A stretch of DNA of 64,000 bases, taken from Vitrella brassicaformis CCMP3155. Lineage: Eukaryota; Protista; Chromerida. Below the pieces are notes generated by a model, which ran no database searches, was not told where the DNA came from, and worked only from the letters and a program-made list of their open reading frames with translations. Below are positions 1-14,400 of this stretch, piece after piece. Location of the stretch: the NCBI GenBank assembly GCA_001179505.1, contig CDMY01000395.1, positions 310,001-374,000 of the forward strand. Reading direction: 5' to 3'. A program made the translations under genes and the position numbers. How positions within the stretch are numbered: the first letter of the stretch is position 1; every line of letters starts with the position of its first letter.

Positions 1-1535
1 GCCTGCATCTCCGACTCGACAACAGCCGAGTGCCCAACATCAGCCGCCATGGCACTCGGCTTAGGAGAGCGCACCCATGGCACATGTGAGCTGGAAGCTG
101 GCGGCGGATTCTCAGCAGTGAACTGGGGAGAGGGTTGTATTTCCACTGCATGTTCCGCTCCCCCGCCTTCATCTTCTTTTGCCCTGGCGACTCTGAGCAG
201 GGCCTGCTGCATGATCATCTCGTCGTGCTCTCGGTCAGACACTTCACTGGTTTGCGCGTCTCCAACGTAAGCCGAGAGGCGATTGTCGGAAAGGTCCGAG
301 GGCGCTTCTGACGTCGCACGGGACGCCCTCATCGGTACTTGAAGTAGGTTGCGCCGCCCCTTTTCCGCTTCCAGTCTTTCGCGCAGATCCGGATGGGCAC
401 TGAATCGAGCAAAAGGACGCAGAGCTGATGAGTACCAGCATCGCTTGCACCCTTCCGTACCTGTCCATCAGCAGCTTCATGACGTGCTCCTTGTCCCCTT
501 CTTCCTTCACCCTGCTCAGAGCAGCCGCTTCACTCACACTCACCCTCCTCCCCATGCCACTTCCCGCAAAAGGAGCGTCGCCCATCCATCCACTGACGCT
601 GTGTCTCGCGAGGGTCCTCCTTCTCGCATCGGTGACGGGGGAGGGACCTGCAGTTGCGTCATCTGCCAGGGGCTGCATTGCGTATGACATGTGACGCGGC
701 TGTGATGGCGGTCGGGAGGGCCCGGGAGAGGACAGTGCTGACGTGGAAGGGCTGTTGCGTTGAGAACATGTCTCGAAATACGAAAACTGTGAAGCAGGAG
801 CAAAGATGTGTGTGATTGAGAGGTGCGCCTGTTTTTTGTCTTCTCGTTCAGGTCACCCTTAGCTGTTGCCATCGCCTTGCAAGCCTTGTCTGACGATACT
901 TGGCCTGCCAATCCTCTGATTCATCCTACCAGGAGACACACGGACTTCCTTCATTGAAGACGAAGCCTTTCTTTCGCCCACCCGGCTGTCGACCGTGTCA
1001 ACGTCCGTCTCTTCCTTTACCGTCGACATCCTCCGGTGTCTCATCGCGGATCGAGGCCGGGCGTCGGCTGTGTGACGGCGGGTCGAAGAGCGACGGAAGG
1101 GCGGATGGCTTTCACCCTGCAGGAGAGAAACAAAAGGTACACGTCATTCATTGGCGCAATCGGATTTCGTCTCACCTTGGTGGCAAGCTCCATCAATTGG
1201 TCCATCCTTTTCTTGACGGCCGACGAGAACCGCCGAGAGTCCTCCTCGCCGTCCTCCTCTTGCTCGCTGTCGTGGAACAGGGGCATCGATTCCAGCAGTG
1301 TGGACGACGGATGGCGGGAGGGATTCAACTGGGCGCGGAGCGAGGCAATCTCGATGTCTCGAGACACCTGCATCGGCAGAAAACACCCGGGTCTGTGCAA
1401 TTGGGTCTGTGCCATGGCAGTGGCCAACAAGCACACCTTCTCGGCGACGAGTCTCCTGTTGAATGCCTCCAGCACCCTCAAACGGTCTGACACGTCGGCT
1501 GCCATGATCTCCAACTCACCCTGTTCCGCATCCAT
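1..1535 (-). CDS. Multi-exon hypothetical coiled-coil/low-complexity protein, 3' end runs off the window start
   Basis: Protein-like minus-strand ORF pieces 1041..1535 (MDAEQGELEIMAADVSDRLRVLEAFNRRL...), 859..1044 and 244..690 separated by GT-AG introns; no family motif recognised. Confidence 0.55.
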
Positions 1536-1604
1536 GATAATCGGGCAGGCAACGGCAAAGAGGAAAGCACTTTTTGTACCGGCTGCCCACGAAACCCTTC
1601 AGCT

Positions 1605-1613
1605 CTGCGAGCT
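1605..1613 (+). promoter_or_regulatory. CTGCGAGCT candidate promoter motif between divergent genes
   Basis: Exact 9-mer in the ~200 bp gap between the ATG at 1535 (-) and the ATG at 1741 (+); the same 9-mer recurs upstream of six other gene starts. Confidence 0.45.
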
Positions 1614-1740
1614 TAGTGTCATCCCTCCGGCCCAAGAGGCAAAGGAGCGAAGAGAATGTAGCATGGCGACGACGAGGGCAGAGCCCGTTGACGCCACAAA
1701 ACAGCACTCCGATCCATAGCTTTCGCGACTTGGCTGCACG

Positions 1741-3708
1741 ATGGCTGCCAGTGCCGCCGCCCAGGTGAGAAGAGGGAGCTGCAGGCCAGGCAAATCCCTA
1801 CATCATGACGTGAATCACTTGTGCTCTCTGTGTGTGGTTTGTCATTCGGTTTGGTGCAGATGAGCGCGGTGATACGGGCGCAGCTGCTGCCGCAGGTAGA
1901 GGGCTATCGGCTGAAGCAGGCTCAGGTATCAGCTAACCAACACATACCGACTCGTCCATTCCATGCAGTGCATCCAAAGCTCATCGGCTGCGTGCTTGTG
2001 TGTGGTGTGCAGGTCAACAGCTGCATCGACCAACTTCTGCAGATGGACACCGCGGCTTCGGTGGCACCACTGATGCGGCAGGCTGCCAAACACACCACAA
2101 GCCCTCTGTGTCATGCTGCTTTCGTCGTTTGATTCATTCGTCAGATGGTGGCCAAGGTGAGTCGTCAGTTTGCTGCCGTGTCCGACCTGCTGGCCGAGTT
2201 GGCAGAGACCATCAACTCGACCATCGCACTCACAAGACATCGCCGCACACAGGTGAGTGGGGGAGTGACCACAGGCAGGCACACACACAAGACCCACACT
2301 GATCTGGTGTGCACCTCTTATGTGCTGTGTGTGTGTATGTCCTTCTGTCTGTGTGTCATCAGGCGCGACGGTTGCACCTGACTGACATCCCTGCCGAGCC
2401 CATGAGCGTCATCATGGAACTTGCTGACCTCACCGCCGTCGCCCACCTCAAGTCGACAGCCCGGCCCATCAGAAATGCCTCCGGCCGATCGTCCGCTGCC
2501 TTCGGCTGCCGAAGGCCATCGAGCGGGCGGGGGCGGGCGGTGTGGTGCAGTTCGACCCTTTGCTGAGCCACGGCGATGTGATGAAGGCCATGTGGGTGGT
2601 GGAGGAGGGGGGCGAGGGCGGCTGGCGGGAGGTGAGCGACACACTCAGAGTCGCCGAGCATTTCGGCTATTGTCAGCTGCCGGTCACTGTGGGTGTTGGA
2701 TACCTCCAGACACACGCCACCAAGGCGGTAAGCGCGATACACAGAAGAGGCAATGGGCGAGCTGCTGGATGTGTGTGTGTTGACTGCAGGATTTCCTGGC
2801 GATGCCCCGGTTCTGTGAGCAGTGGATGCTCGTCGGCCGCAATGTGGCCCTCCGCCGCCCCACTGGCCAGCAAGACGGCACTCTCGAGCTGTTCCGCCAC
2901 AACAACAACGAGACTCGCGCCATCCGCAACGAGCCCAACTTCGCCATCGCCATCAACCCGCTCCTCCCCCTCCCTGGCCGCCCCGTCCATCCCTTCTCGC
3001 AGCACCCCTTCACCCACCACGCCAAGCCACACGACCCGCCAGTCCGCCACCGCATTGTGTGGGAGGATGGTGTGGGGTGGGCGACAGGTGGCGCCAACGA
3101 TGCGCCTGTTCTCACATCGGCGAGTTCCCTGCTGAAGGAGCTGATGCTGGTTCACCGGCTCGTGTTTGCTGTGGGCGGCTTCACCGAATCGCCAGCAGTG
3201 GTGGTGGACCGGTGAGTGGATGGACGGCATACAATGAGAGGGCGAATGGCTATGTGGTGCGCTATTGATGTGTGTGTCAGGCGTGTGCGGGGTGGCCACC
3301 TCGACCGCATCATGACTCGATCGCCGCACACGCCCCTCAACGGATGCTCGGACGTGGTGGCATGGGAGCGGGCCGATGAGGTCTGTGGGCAGACGCATCT
3401 GCTTACGTCATCCAACGACCCATTCATCGCATGGATTAACTATAGCATCCAACCAAACAACAACCAGAACGGTACGCATTCACATTGACAACACATCAAC
3501 AACCCATCATCATGCTGTCGTGTCGTCTGATCCTCTGCTCTGCTGTTGTGTGCGTGCAGTGCGCGTGATCATCACTACCACCGAGGCGCCAGCAGTGGGT
3601 GTGGCCAATGATGCGCCCTTCGCCCAGCGGTTCCCCCTGACGGCCGCTAAGGTGCGCCGCGTCCTCGGGCCCATCGCGGCCATCGTGCTCGACGGCCAGG
3701 CGCCTTAG
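1741..3708 (+). pseudogene. Dispersed 8-exon gene family copy 1 (N-terminal helical region + F-box-like segment + variable C-terminal domain), disrupted
   Basis: Exons MAASAAAQ / MSAVIRAQLL / VNSCIDQLL / MVAKVSRQF / ARRLHLTDIPAEP / DFLAMPRFC / GGHLDRIMTRSPHTP / ...LGPIAAIVLDGQAP* align with copies 2-4 including introns. Intron-3 donor is GT>AT at 2073 and there is a 1-bp deletion frameshift at ~2478 (aatgcctccgg vs aatgccctccgg). Confidence 0.85.
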
Positions 3709-4592
3709 ATACAGCGTTCCCACACAGATGATGCAGAGGATACCTGGTGGTACGGATTGTGTGAGTGTTGGGTCCGTGTTCTGCAGGCAAATTGGCGTCA
3801 AGGAACGCCACAGAAGTAGCTGACTGACTGTCTGACTGACTGACTGTCTGGCCGGCGGGTGGGAGGACGGGCTGCGCGTCTGGTGGTATGTGCATCTCAT
3901 ATCTGCTGCTGCATGATGGACTCATCCTGTACGTGTAGTGTGCGGACAGACAGACAGGTGCGGTGCGGTTCGGTTCGGGTCGGTGCGGGTCGGTGCGTGC
4001 GCAAATTCCGATGAATTATACATGTGTTTAATTACTAGAATGTGGTTCCCACATAGCATGGCATGGCACATCCCATCCCATCCATCACAAGTCGTCTTTC
4101 TGTCTGACAAACCAGGTCATAAACTAAATCCCCTGCCCCGTTCCTCTCCCCAACTACCACACACTACACCGTCCACTGTCGTAGTTGATGCAATAGACCC
4201 CTAAAAAAGGTGGGAGAGCTGAAGAGCTCGCAGAGGACAGCCGTGGTGCTCACTGTGAGTGAAGTAATGCGGGATAAATGTGGTGAATTGCTAGGACTAC
4301 ATCTATATTGACGTTTTTTGAGGTCCTTTTTTCCCGTTGTGACATGCGTGCGACATCGATTTAAGTGATGAGTCTTCGCATTCATATCTCTGTCAGACAG
4401 GGAAAGGCGACTCATCCATCATTCGCTCTCTCCTACAGCCAGCTCATCGGGCCCTTCCTTTAAGCCGTGCGGCCCTTCAATCCATCATCAGCCAGGCAGC
4501 CTGTACAGCACACGCCACCAGATGTGCATACATATCACTCTGCCGGTGTTATGTGGGGGGGCTCTTACCTTCATATGTTACCGGGTGTGTGT

Positions 4593-6589
4593 CTATGGCG
4601 CCTCGCCATAGAGCACGATGGCTGCGATCGGCCCGAACACGCGACGGGCTTTGGCGGCCGTCAGGGGGAACCGATGGGCGAAGGGGGCATCGTGAGGGAC
4701 ACCCGCTGCTGGTGCCTCGCCGGTACTGATGGTGACGTGCACTGCATGCACACAGCAGCACAGCGAATGAAAAACGACACGGCAGCATGAGCATGTGCTG
4801 TTAATGTGTGTGCGTACCGTTCTGGTTGTTGCCTGGGGGAATGTCGAAGGAAATCCACGCGATGAATGGGTCGGCAGCCGTTGTCAGCACATGCACTTGC
4901 CCACACTGGCCACTGACCGCCTCCCATGCCGCCACGTTCGAGCATCCGTTGAGGGGCGTGTGTGGCGATCGAGTCATGATGCGGTCGAAGTGGCCACGAC
5001 GCACACGACTGACACACACATCAATAGCGCACCACATAGCCATTCGCCCTCTAATTTGAGTGCCGTCCATCCACTCACCGGTCAACCACCACTGCTGGCG
5101 AGTAGGTGAAGCCGCCCACAGCCTCAAACCGGTATTGCAGCATCCGACGCTTCAACATGGAGCTCGCCGATGCGTCAACGGCCCCATACACGCCAATCGT
5201 CGCCCAGCCCACACCAGGCTGTCAGCAGAAGCGGCAGCGGACTGGCGGGTCGTGTGGCTTGGCGTGGTGGGTGAAGGGGTGCTGCGAGAAGGGATGGACG
5301 GGGCGGCCGGGGAGGGGGAGGGGCGGGTTGATGGTGATGGTGAAGCCGGGCTGATTGCGAATAGCGCGAGTCTCGTTGTTGTTGTGGCGGAACAGCTTTA
5401 GTGTGCCGTCTTGCTGTCCGGTGGGGCGGCGGAGGGCCACATTGCGGCCGACGAGCATCCACTGCACACAGAAACGGGGCAGTGCCAGGAAATCCTGCAG
5501 TCAACACACACATCCGGCAGCTCACCTATTGCCTCTTCTGTGTGTCGTGCTTACCGCCCTGGTGGCGTGTGTCTGCAGGTCTCCAGCACTCACAGTGACC
5601 GGCAGCTGGCAATTGCCGCAATGCTTGGCGACTCTGAGTGTGTCGCCCACCTCCCGCCAGCCGCCCTCGCCCCCCTCCCCCACCACCCACATGGCCTTCA
5701 TCACATCGCCGTGGCTCAGCTGATCGTCGAACTGCACCACACCGCCCGCCCCCGCCCGCTCGATGGCCGTCCGCAGCCGAAGGCGGCGGACGATCGGCCG
5801 GAGGGCATCTCTGATGGCTCGAGCTGTCGACTTGAGGTGGGCGATGGTGGTAAGGTCAGACAGTGCGATGACGATGCTCATGGGGTTGGCTGGGATGTCA
5901 GTCAGGTGCAACCGTCGCGCCTGATGACACACAGACAGAAGGACATGCACACAACACACGCATAAGCCATGCACACCACATCAGTGTGGGCCTTGTGTTT
6001 GTGCCTGCCTGTGGTCACTCCCCCACTGACCTGTGTGCGGCGATGTCTTGTGAGTGCGATGGTCGAGTTGACGGTCTCTGCCAACTCGGCCAGCAGGTCG
6101 GACACGGCAGCAAACTGACGACTCACCTTGGCCACCATCTGACGAATGACACAACACGACGAGAGCGACGCCAAGCAAAGTAGACTCCACAGACCCACAG
6201 AGGGCCTTGTGGTGTGTGGTGTGTGTGGCAGCCTGCGGCACCAGTGGTGCCACCGAAGCAGCGGTGTCCATCTGCAGAAGTTGGTCGATGTAGCTGTCGA
6301 CCTGCACACACACACACAAGCAAGCAGACGCTGAGCTTTGGATGCACTGCATGGAATGGACGAGTCGGTATGTGTGTTGGTTAGCTGATACCTGAGCCTG
6401 CTTCAGCCGATAGGCTTGAACCTGCGGCAGCGCGCCCGTATCACCGCGCTCATCTGCACCAAACCGAATGACAAACCACACACAGAGAGCACAAGTGATT
6501 CACGTCATGATGTAGGGATTTGCCTGGCCTGCAGCTCCCTCTCTGTCACAAAATAGCTCTGTCACCTGGGCGGCGGCACTGGCAGCCAT
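4593..6589 (-). pseudogene. Dispersed gene family copy 2, disrupted; convergent (tail-to-tail) with copy 1
   Basis: Same exon-intron structure. 4-bp deletion in exon 2 at ~6431 (gcgcgctgccg vs gcgcagctgctgccg) and TGG>TGA nonsense codon at 5222-5224 (CRFC* vs CRFCWQPG in copy 3). Confidence 0.85.
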
Positions 6590-6740
6590 CGTGCACCCAA
6601 GTCGCGAAAGCTATGAATCGGAGTGCTGTTTTGTGGCGTCAACGGGCCCTGAACGCCTCTGCCGTCGCTCTCTTCGCTCCTTTGCCTCTTCCCGATCGGA
6701 GAGCAACCTTCCAACGAGCAGTTTCACGGAATGCGGTCTT

Positions 6741-6749
6741 AGCTCGCAG
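6741..6749 (-). promoter_or_regulatory. CTGCGAGCT motif in the divergent promoter between family copy 2 and GCN2
   Basis: agctcgcag on the + strand, between the ATG at 6589 (-) and the ATG at 6891 (+). Confidence 0.45.
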
Positions 6750-6890
6750 ACTTCGCTCTTCGTCATCCTCCCGCCTTTTTCGGGCGTCACAGAGCCAAGC
6801 CAGTCCGCCAGCATAAGTGCCTGAGGTTTCTTTCATCAGCCAGCGTGTTTGGTGGATGTGAGTGAGCCGATGAGATAGTTGAGTCAATCA

Positions 6891-8417
6891 ATGAGTGAGG
6901 CGGATGAGGGCGGCTGGCTGGAAGTCAAGACCCGCCGCAACAAGAAGAAGCGAAACAAGACCAAGCAGGACAAGCACAGCCATGCGCACATCAAAGCCAG
7001 CCAGCGCGACGCATCCCTCTCTTACTCAGTCTCACCATCGGAGGGCGAGCACAAGCACAGGCAGCAGCGAGGCGGCAGGAGAGATAATGAGGAGCGCGAT
7101 GAAGACGACTCGGTGGAATGGGAATTCGACCTCAAGATCGAAGAGGAAGAGGAAGAGGAGCAGGAGAAAGGTAGGTGGCCGTGACAGTGCACGCAGATGT
7201 GTGTGTGTGTTGTATGGTCTTGCTTGTGTGTCTGTCGTGTGTGTGTGTGTGTGTGTGTGTGTGTCGCGTAGATCAAGAGCCTGTCATGACGCCGGCTCAG
7301 CTGAGGGAGTGCAGGCAGATCCAGCAGAACGAACTGGAGGCACTCAACTCTATAGTGAGTGAGGCAGATGGCAATCACACTGTCACCCACCACACTGTCA
7401 CTATCACTGTGCCCTTCTGCCTGCTGTGTGACTGCGTGTGTGTCAGTTTATGGACGATATCAAGCTGCAAGAAGCCGGGTGATGAGCTGAGTGAATGAAG
7501 CGCACAAGTGTCTGCAGCAGACGCACGCAATCTCTGTGTGTGTGTGGGTCCCCCCAGTCTCCTGGGTCGCCCAACGCATGACGATGAAGAGGACGACGAC
7601 CTCATCTGCTTCGAGGACGAATCCAACCCGCCCTCCATCCCGTCGGCGCCCTCCTCGCCCACTGACAGCACATCGCTCAACGTCAAGTACACCGTCAGAT
7701 GCCGCCCGCAGCACTCCAGCAGCATTGGGCGCAATGAGGAGGTCTTCGCCGACATCATTGTCACGTACACACCCAGGTACGTGATGGTGTGATGGATCGA
7801 TCATTGTACACGTGTGTGTGTGTGTGTGTGTGCAGCTACCCGTTGGTTGCTCCTCGGTTGGAAGTGGGTGCTGTGGGAGGCATCAGCAAGGAGGGGGAGG
7901 ACCAGCTCAAGAAGGCACTCGAACAGTGGATCAAGCACTGGTGAGTGCAGGCAAACACACCACATCCACATCTGTATGCCATGCGTCCATGTGTGTCTGT
8001 GAGATGCATATGCTATGCTGCATGCAGGCGTGGTCATGAGTGCATCTACGACATCACGCTGGGTGCGAGCGAGCTGCTCGACAAGTTCCAGGCACCCACC
8101 CCTGCACCCCTGTGGGACGAGGTGAGCACCCAGCCACAAGTGAACGCGGGTGTCCATTTCCATCTATCCATCCATCCATCCGTCATTTTGTGTGTGGTCG
8201 GCTGTGTGTGGTTGCGTGCAGATGCAGGCGCGTGTCGAGTTGAAGCAGCAACGGCGACAAGAGGAGCAAGAGGCGCAGCAGAAGGGGTACGCACACACAC
8301 CTGTCACACCCACCACCACTGTGTCTGTTGGTGACCCCGCCGTTCAGTGCGCAAGACGACGAGATCGAGATGCATGCCCTCAAAGGCCAGAAACTTGAAG
8401 AGGTCAGAGCTTCCACA

Positions 8418-8451
<34 letters not shown>

Positions 8452-11400
8452 CAACGCACAATCCCTCCCCCTCCGTCTCTTTCTTGTGTGTGTGTGTGTA
8501 GGAGGTGCTTCGTTATCACGCCAAGGTGCAGGCGCAGCGGGCGAGGGCGCACTCGATGTCGGGCTCATCCCCCAGTGACAGCGCCGCCACGAGTGACTTC
8601 GAGGAGTACTCCGACACGGCAGAGGGCCCATCGCCGCAGCAAAACAGACACGCACATGCATCCGACCCTCACACACCACGTAAGCAGCCACGCATCCCCA
8701 AGACATCCATCCATCCATCCACGTGTGTGTTGGTGTGTGGGTCCACGGTCAGACAAGCGCCACACGCCCCAGCACGCGCCCCAGCAGCCCTTCAGCGAGG
8801 GCGAGAGAGACGACAAGAGCGACCACGAGTGGGTGGGCGAAGACGAAGACCACGACGACCAAATGGAGACATTCGAACTACAAGTAAGCATCTTGGAGGG
8901 TGGAACGCGTGCTGCATCCATTCACTCAAACGCGCCGCGCATCGCAATGTGCGCGTGGATGTGCGTGTGTTTGCAGGCGCCTGAGTGGTCCACATGGAAC
9001 CGGCCGGGGCGGCGTGTGCGTGCCACGTCTGAGGGCGCCGATGGGCTGCTGTCGCAAATTCCACCGCCATCGCCACACGCGGTGCAGAGCCCTCGGTCAG
9101 CAAGCATATCCCCGTCTGTCCGCATGCGCCTATGTTATGTGTGTTGTGGGTGATTGTGTCGTGTCAGGGGGTCACCACTGCCGCCGTCAGGGCTGCTCAA
9201 GTCACAGAAGGCTGTAAGCACAGGAGCAGACACACACAGGCGCATCCATGGAGGCGTATGCGCGTGTGTTGTGTTCGTGTGCGCAGCGTCCTCACGGCCA
9301 CCACCACGCGCAGTTCGCGCCACTCCCGCCTCCCCAGATCACAATTGAGGGCGACGAAAAGAAACCTGGCAGGGAACAGAAGGTAGGTACCCAATCCACT
9401 CACTGCACTGACGCGAAGGCGCATCCACGGGGGCGTCTCTCCCTATGTCTGTCTGTGTGCAGATGGTTGTGCGTGGCGAGCGGCCTGTCCCCCCGCCTTC
9501 GGCGGCCCAGAACCATGCGGCCGTGTACAGCAGATACAGGAGCGACTTTGAGGAACTCAGGTGCGCACACAGACACACACATGCTCACAGACATCGACAC
9601 ACATCCGTCCGTGTGTGTGTTGGTGTGGATCATTCGGTCAGGGTGCTGGGCACAGGCGCATTCGGGTAAGCGCAAATATATTAAGGAAACAAAGACACAC
9701 ACCTGTACTGTGCGCCCGCAAATGCGTCACGTGTTCGTGTTTGTGTGCTTGTGTGTGTAGGGTTGTGACCAAGGTGCGTCACCGCATCGACCGCCGCGCC
9801 TACGCCGTCAAGCGCATCCAGCTGTCACCACACGACGAAGAGCTCAACAGGAGGACTCTACAGGTACTCACTCAACCACACACTGAGGGGGCCTATTGGT
9901 GATGCAGTCATGTCGGTGTCCTATGTGCGTGTGTGTATGTGTGTGTGTGTGTGTGTGTGTGCAGGAGGCTGCGTTGCTGCCTCGTCTGCAGCATGTCTAT
10001 GTGGTCCGGTACTACGCGGCTTGGCTGGAGAGCAGCACATCGCCGGGAGACAAGCTGCCACCGGTTCGTTCGGGAGCCAGCGCCACACCACACGACACCC
10101 TTGAATGATGGATGTGTCTTCAATGTGTGGCTGCCTGTTCGTGTGTGCAGGGTGTGTCCACCCTGGGTGTCGGGGTGGCCGACTGGATTTCCAGCGAGTC
10201 GCCATCAATGCTCGGAAGGTGCGCCTGCCTGCCTGCCTGCCTGTACCCTCCCCATCTGCCGACATTAGCGTGCCTGTGTGTGTGTGTGTGTGTGTGTAGG
10301 GGTCCACATGACGACAAGGGGAAGGGTGTTGGCGACAAGAAGGGCATCGGTGGTCGGGAAGGGGAGGGCGGTGGCAAGGGCGGCAAGGAGGGGAACGCCG
10401 CAGCGGCCATGGAGAGCAAGACGTACCTCTACATCCAAATGGAATTCTGGTGGGCTCTTCTAGCACAAAGAGGCATACCTCGATGCACCCAAATGGATGG
10501 ATGGATGGATGGATTGTCTCAGTGGGGGCCGCACGCTGAGGGAGGCGATAGACTCAGGGCAGATGGCCAAGGATCGCGACCTCTGCTGGCAGATCTTCAG
10601 ACAGGTGCCTACTGATGTTTGTGCTATGGAGATGCACACACTCAGACAGACACTCGGACACACACACAGACGGTTGTCTTGTCCGTTGGTGTCTGTCGAG
10701 GACAGCTGCTCGAAGCCCTGCTGCACATCCACCACAGAGGGATGATCCACAGAGACCTCAAGGTGGCTGACCAGCACGGACAGCCACATCACATCCATCC
10801 GGTGTGTGTCAATGTGTGTGTGTGTGTGTGTGTGTGCGCGTGTATGCATATGTGCAGCCGTCCAACATCTTTCTGGACAAGAGCAACAACGTCAAGGTCG
10901 GCGACTTCGGGCTCTCTGTCCTTCTCACGCAAACAAACGTCCAGGCAAGTCCCCCCCGCCACTCGCACACAGAGAGAGAGAGAGATCGACACACACGCTC
11001 GATGGCCAATTCGTGTGTGTGTGTGGTGCGTGCGTGGTATTCAGCAGACGCCTTCAAGGTCCAACAGCCAGACCATCACCATCACTGTCGCCAAGGAGGG
11101 GGGCGGGCCGTCCACCAAGGACACAGCCACACGCGCCGCAGCTGCAGCTGTTCAGGCATCAGTGGTGAGCATGCACACGCCATCCATGTGTGTGTGATGG
11201 GCGTGTCTGTGTGTGTCAGAGTGACGTCTTGTCGCAGCAGCAGCGGCTGTCGTCCGGTGTTGGGACGATGTTCTACCAGGCCCCCGAGCAGCGGGAGAGC
11301 AACACCTACGACCAGAAGGTCGACATATTCTCACTCGGTAGGTACTGTCACACAGACAGACAGACAGACAGACATACACACAACACATACACGCACACAC

Positions 11401-14400
11401 CTTCCTCGTGTCTGCGCCTGCAGGTGTGATCTTCTTCGAGATGCTGCATCCGCCCTTCACGTACGCCTGATGCATCGATGGGGGAGAGGAGCGCATTCAC
11501 ACACGCCAATCCGTGTGTGTGTGTGTGTGTGTAGGACGTTGATGGAGCGCGCCCTCGTCCTGACGGCCCTCTGCACGTGAGCGACCTCGCACCATCCACA
11601 CACACACACACATTGCCACACATGTATATGGGTGTAAATGTGTGTGTGTGTGTGTGCCTGTAGGCGCCTGGAGTACCCCCGAGGCTTTGTCGACACGGCG
11701 GGCGACGACGCCGTGGCCATGCTCACGTACACGAAGTCATGACACCGTGTGTGTGTACAGAGTGCGCCCATGTCTGTCATGTGTGTGTGCAGCCAGCTGC
11801 TGCAGCAAGACCCCTCCCACCGGCCCTCTGTGAGTGAGCTGCTGCGAAGCCCTCTCGTCCCGCCGTCTGTCGAGCAGCAACAGGTACGCACCATGTGTTA
11901 ATGTGTGTATGTGTGTGTGCATCGTCCGTGCGTTTATGTGTGTGTGCAGCTGCGGAGTGTGCTGAATGTGCTGTCCAACCCCTTCAGCAGCGAGAGCGTG
12001 GGCCTCATGAGCATGCTCTTCGCACCGCCCGAGACGCACGTGGCGCAGGCCAAGGACAAGGCATACTGGAAGTTCTTCCAGGTGCCTCGGCGTACCCGAC
12101 AAGACCCCCCCCACACACACATTTGTGGATGTCTTTGTATGTATGTGTGTGTTCGTGTGTGTGGGTCTCACCAAGGCTCCCAGCCGTGTGGAGTTGGTGG
12201 TCCGAGAGGAGATCAGCCACAACCTGGAAGAGATATTCAGGTGTGTGTGCTGATATATGGATTCATACCTGTCCATGTGTTATGTCTGTGGCCCCATTTG
12301 ACACCAACAGGCGTCGCGGAGCCGTCCGGTCTTTTGTGCCGGTGCTGCAGCCCGTGACAGAGACCACTGCTGACCTGCAGGCACTCAGATCCTTCGCTGG
12401 TAACCCCCCTATCGCCCCATAAACACGCGACTCCTTCTATAACTTGTGTGTGGACGGATGTGTAGACCGTCCGTCGAGCACCACCGCAGCATCAGCGGCA
12501 GCAGCGGCGGCGGAGAGCAGCAGCAGTGTGCTGAGCCCCTCGTGGGCGCCGATGCACCACTCGGCCGCCATCCTCAAGTCGCGGCAGCAGGTCATCGACG
12601 CCTCGAACACGCTCCTCCACCTGCCCTTCCAGGCACGTCAGCTCACGCACACACGTGAAGACGCCAATAATGCGTGTTGATGTGCACATGGACTGATTGA
12701 GTGGGTGGGTGGTGTCTGTCTGTCTGTGCAGCTGACGCAGTGTTTCGCGCGCACTGCGCCGATGGTGATGGCGTCTTCCTCTCATTCGGTGCTGAGGCGA
12801 TATGCCATCCTGCCCGTCTACAGGTACACGACACACACACGCGAACACACACACACACACACAGAGAGAGAGTGAGTGCGTCCACACGCATTGTGTGTTT
12901 GTGTCATCTACTCGTGGACAGGGAGCCCCCACCGCAGCCACGTGCGCCCGAGCTGCCCGGCGCGTTTGCCGAGGAATACAGCGAATACGGATACCCCAAA
13001 GAGCACCTCGCAGCAATGTATGTATCTAGCCGCTCCCCCCCAACAGATAGTCACACGCGCAAGACATGACATCCATGTGTGTGTGTGTGGTCCATTTGAT
13101 TTGTAGGTATGAGGTGCTGTTGGGGCCGTCCGAGCTGTTCACGAGCGACGCTTTGGTGCCGACTGTGCCAAGCCGGAACACCACACAGATGGACTCCTCC
13201 TCCGAGAGCCACGCCGACGACCACAGACAGCTCATCACCGCCGAACAACGGGCACTCATTCTGCTGCAGGTGAGGACCATATACAACTCATCCATCCATC
13301 AAGGGGCATACGTGTCTCTGTTCGTGTGTGTGTGCGTGTGTGTGTGTGTGTGCGTGCAGGCCGAAGTAGTGGAGACGCTTGTCGAGGCGCTGAGTGCGCA
13401 TGCGGCGACGCTTGGCCGCGTGGAGCTGAGGTGGACCAACGGGCACCTCCTAGAGGCTTTCCTGGAGGAGACCTGCAGGGTACCCACACACACATAGACA
13501 CAGACACACGTGTGTTGATACATCCATCAGTGTCTTGTGTGGTGGTGGTGGTGGTGGTGGCTGTGTGGTGGTGTCAGTTCCCGCGTGATCGTGTCCCGGA
13601 GGTGATCAAGTGGCTGCGGCACAGCACCTCCACACCCACTTACACACAGCTCAAGGAAAAACTCCAGGTGCGGTAGAGATGGATGGATGGATGTGTCCAC
13701 TGACTGGGTGTGTGTGGTGTGTGTGGTGTGTGTCCAGAGCATCCTGCCGTCCACTGCCAGCGTCAAGCTGCCGGCTCAGTATCTCACGCGTGTCCTGCAC
13801 AGACGGGGGAGCACTGAAGGTATGTGCATCAACGACACACACACATATAAACACACAAAGGCTGTTTGTTGTGGATGCCCCACACATACAGATCTGCTGT
13901 CCGAGATCGAGTCGTTGTCTCGCTCATCTCACGACCACGCCATGCACGACACGCTGCCGCCCCTCCCGCCATCACACCGAACGCACCCCCACCTCACACA
14001 CAGGTATGGCCCCATACACACAGACACACATACACACATACACACACACGATGGGGCATGTATGTATGTGTGGGCGCAGGAAGCCCTCGAGCACGGCTCA
14101 GTCGTCGCCCCGCACGAGTGGCGGCGAGGTCAAGGAGAAGGAGAGCAGCGTGCCGAGAGTTCTCCTCCTCTGCGCACAGGTACACCGACACCCACATAAT
14201 ACCACCACCTGCACACGTCAACACAGGTCACCTGTGTGCGTGTGTAGATCCGGTTGTTCCTGGAGGTGTGTTCGTTGCTGGAGGTGCGTCAGCGGGTCGA
14301 CCTGACGTTCGACCTGCTCCTAGACTTCGACGCGTGGCTCTACGACGAGGTATCTCGCACCGAATACGCACCCTCTCGATGTGAGTGAGTGTGTCACGCT

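Noticed and set aside
1650-1668. Family 5' leader agagaatgtagcatggc resembles U6 snRNA agagaagattagcatggc
   Set aside because: Only ~18 nt of imperfect similarity, and the flanking U6 sequence is absent on both sides; likely chance.
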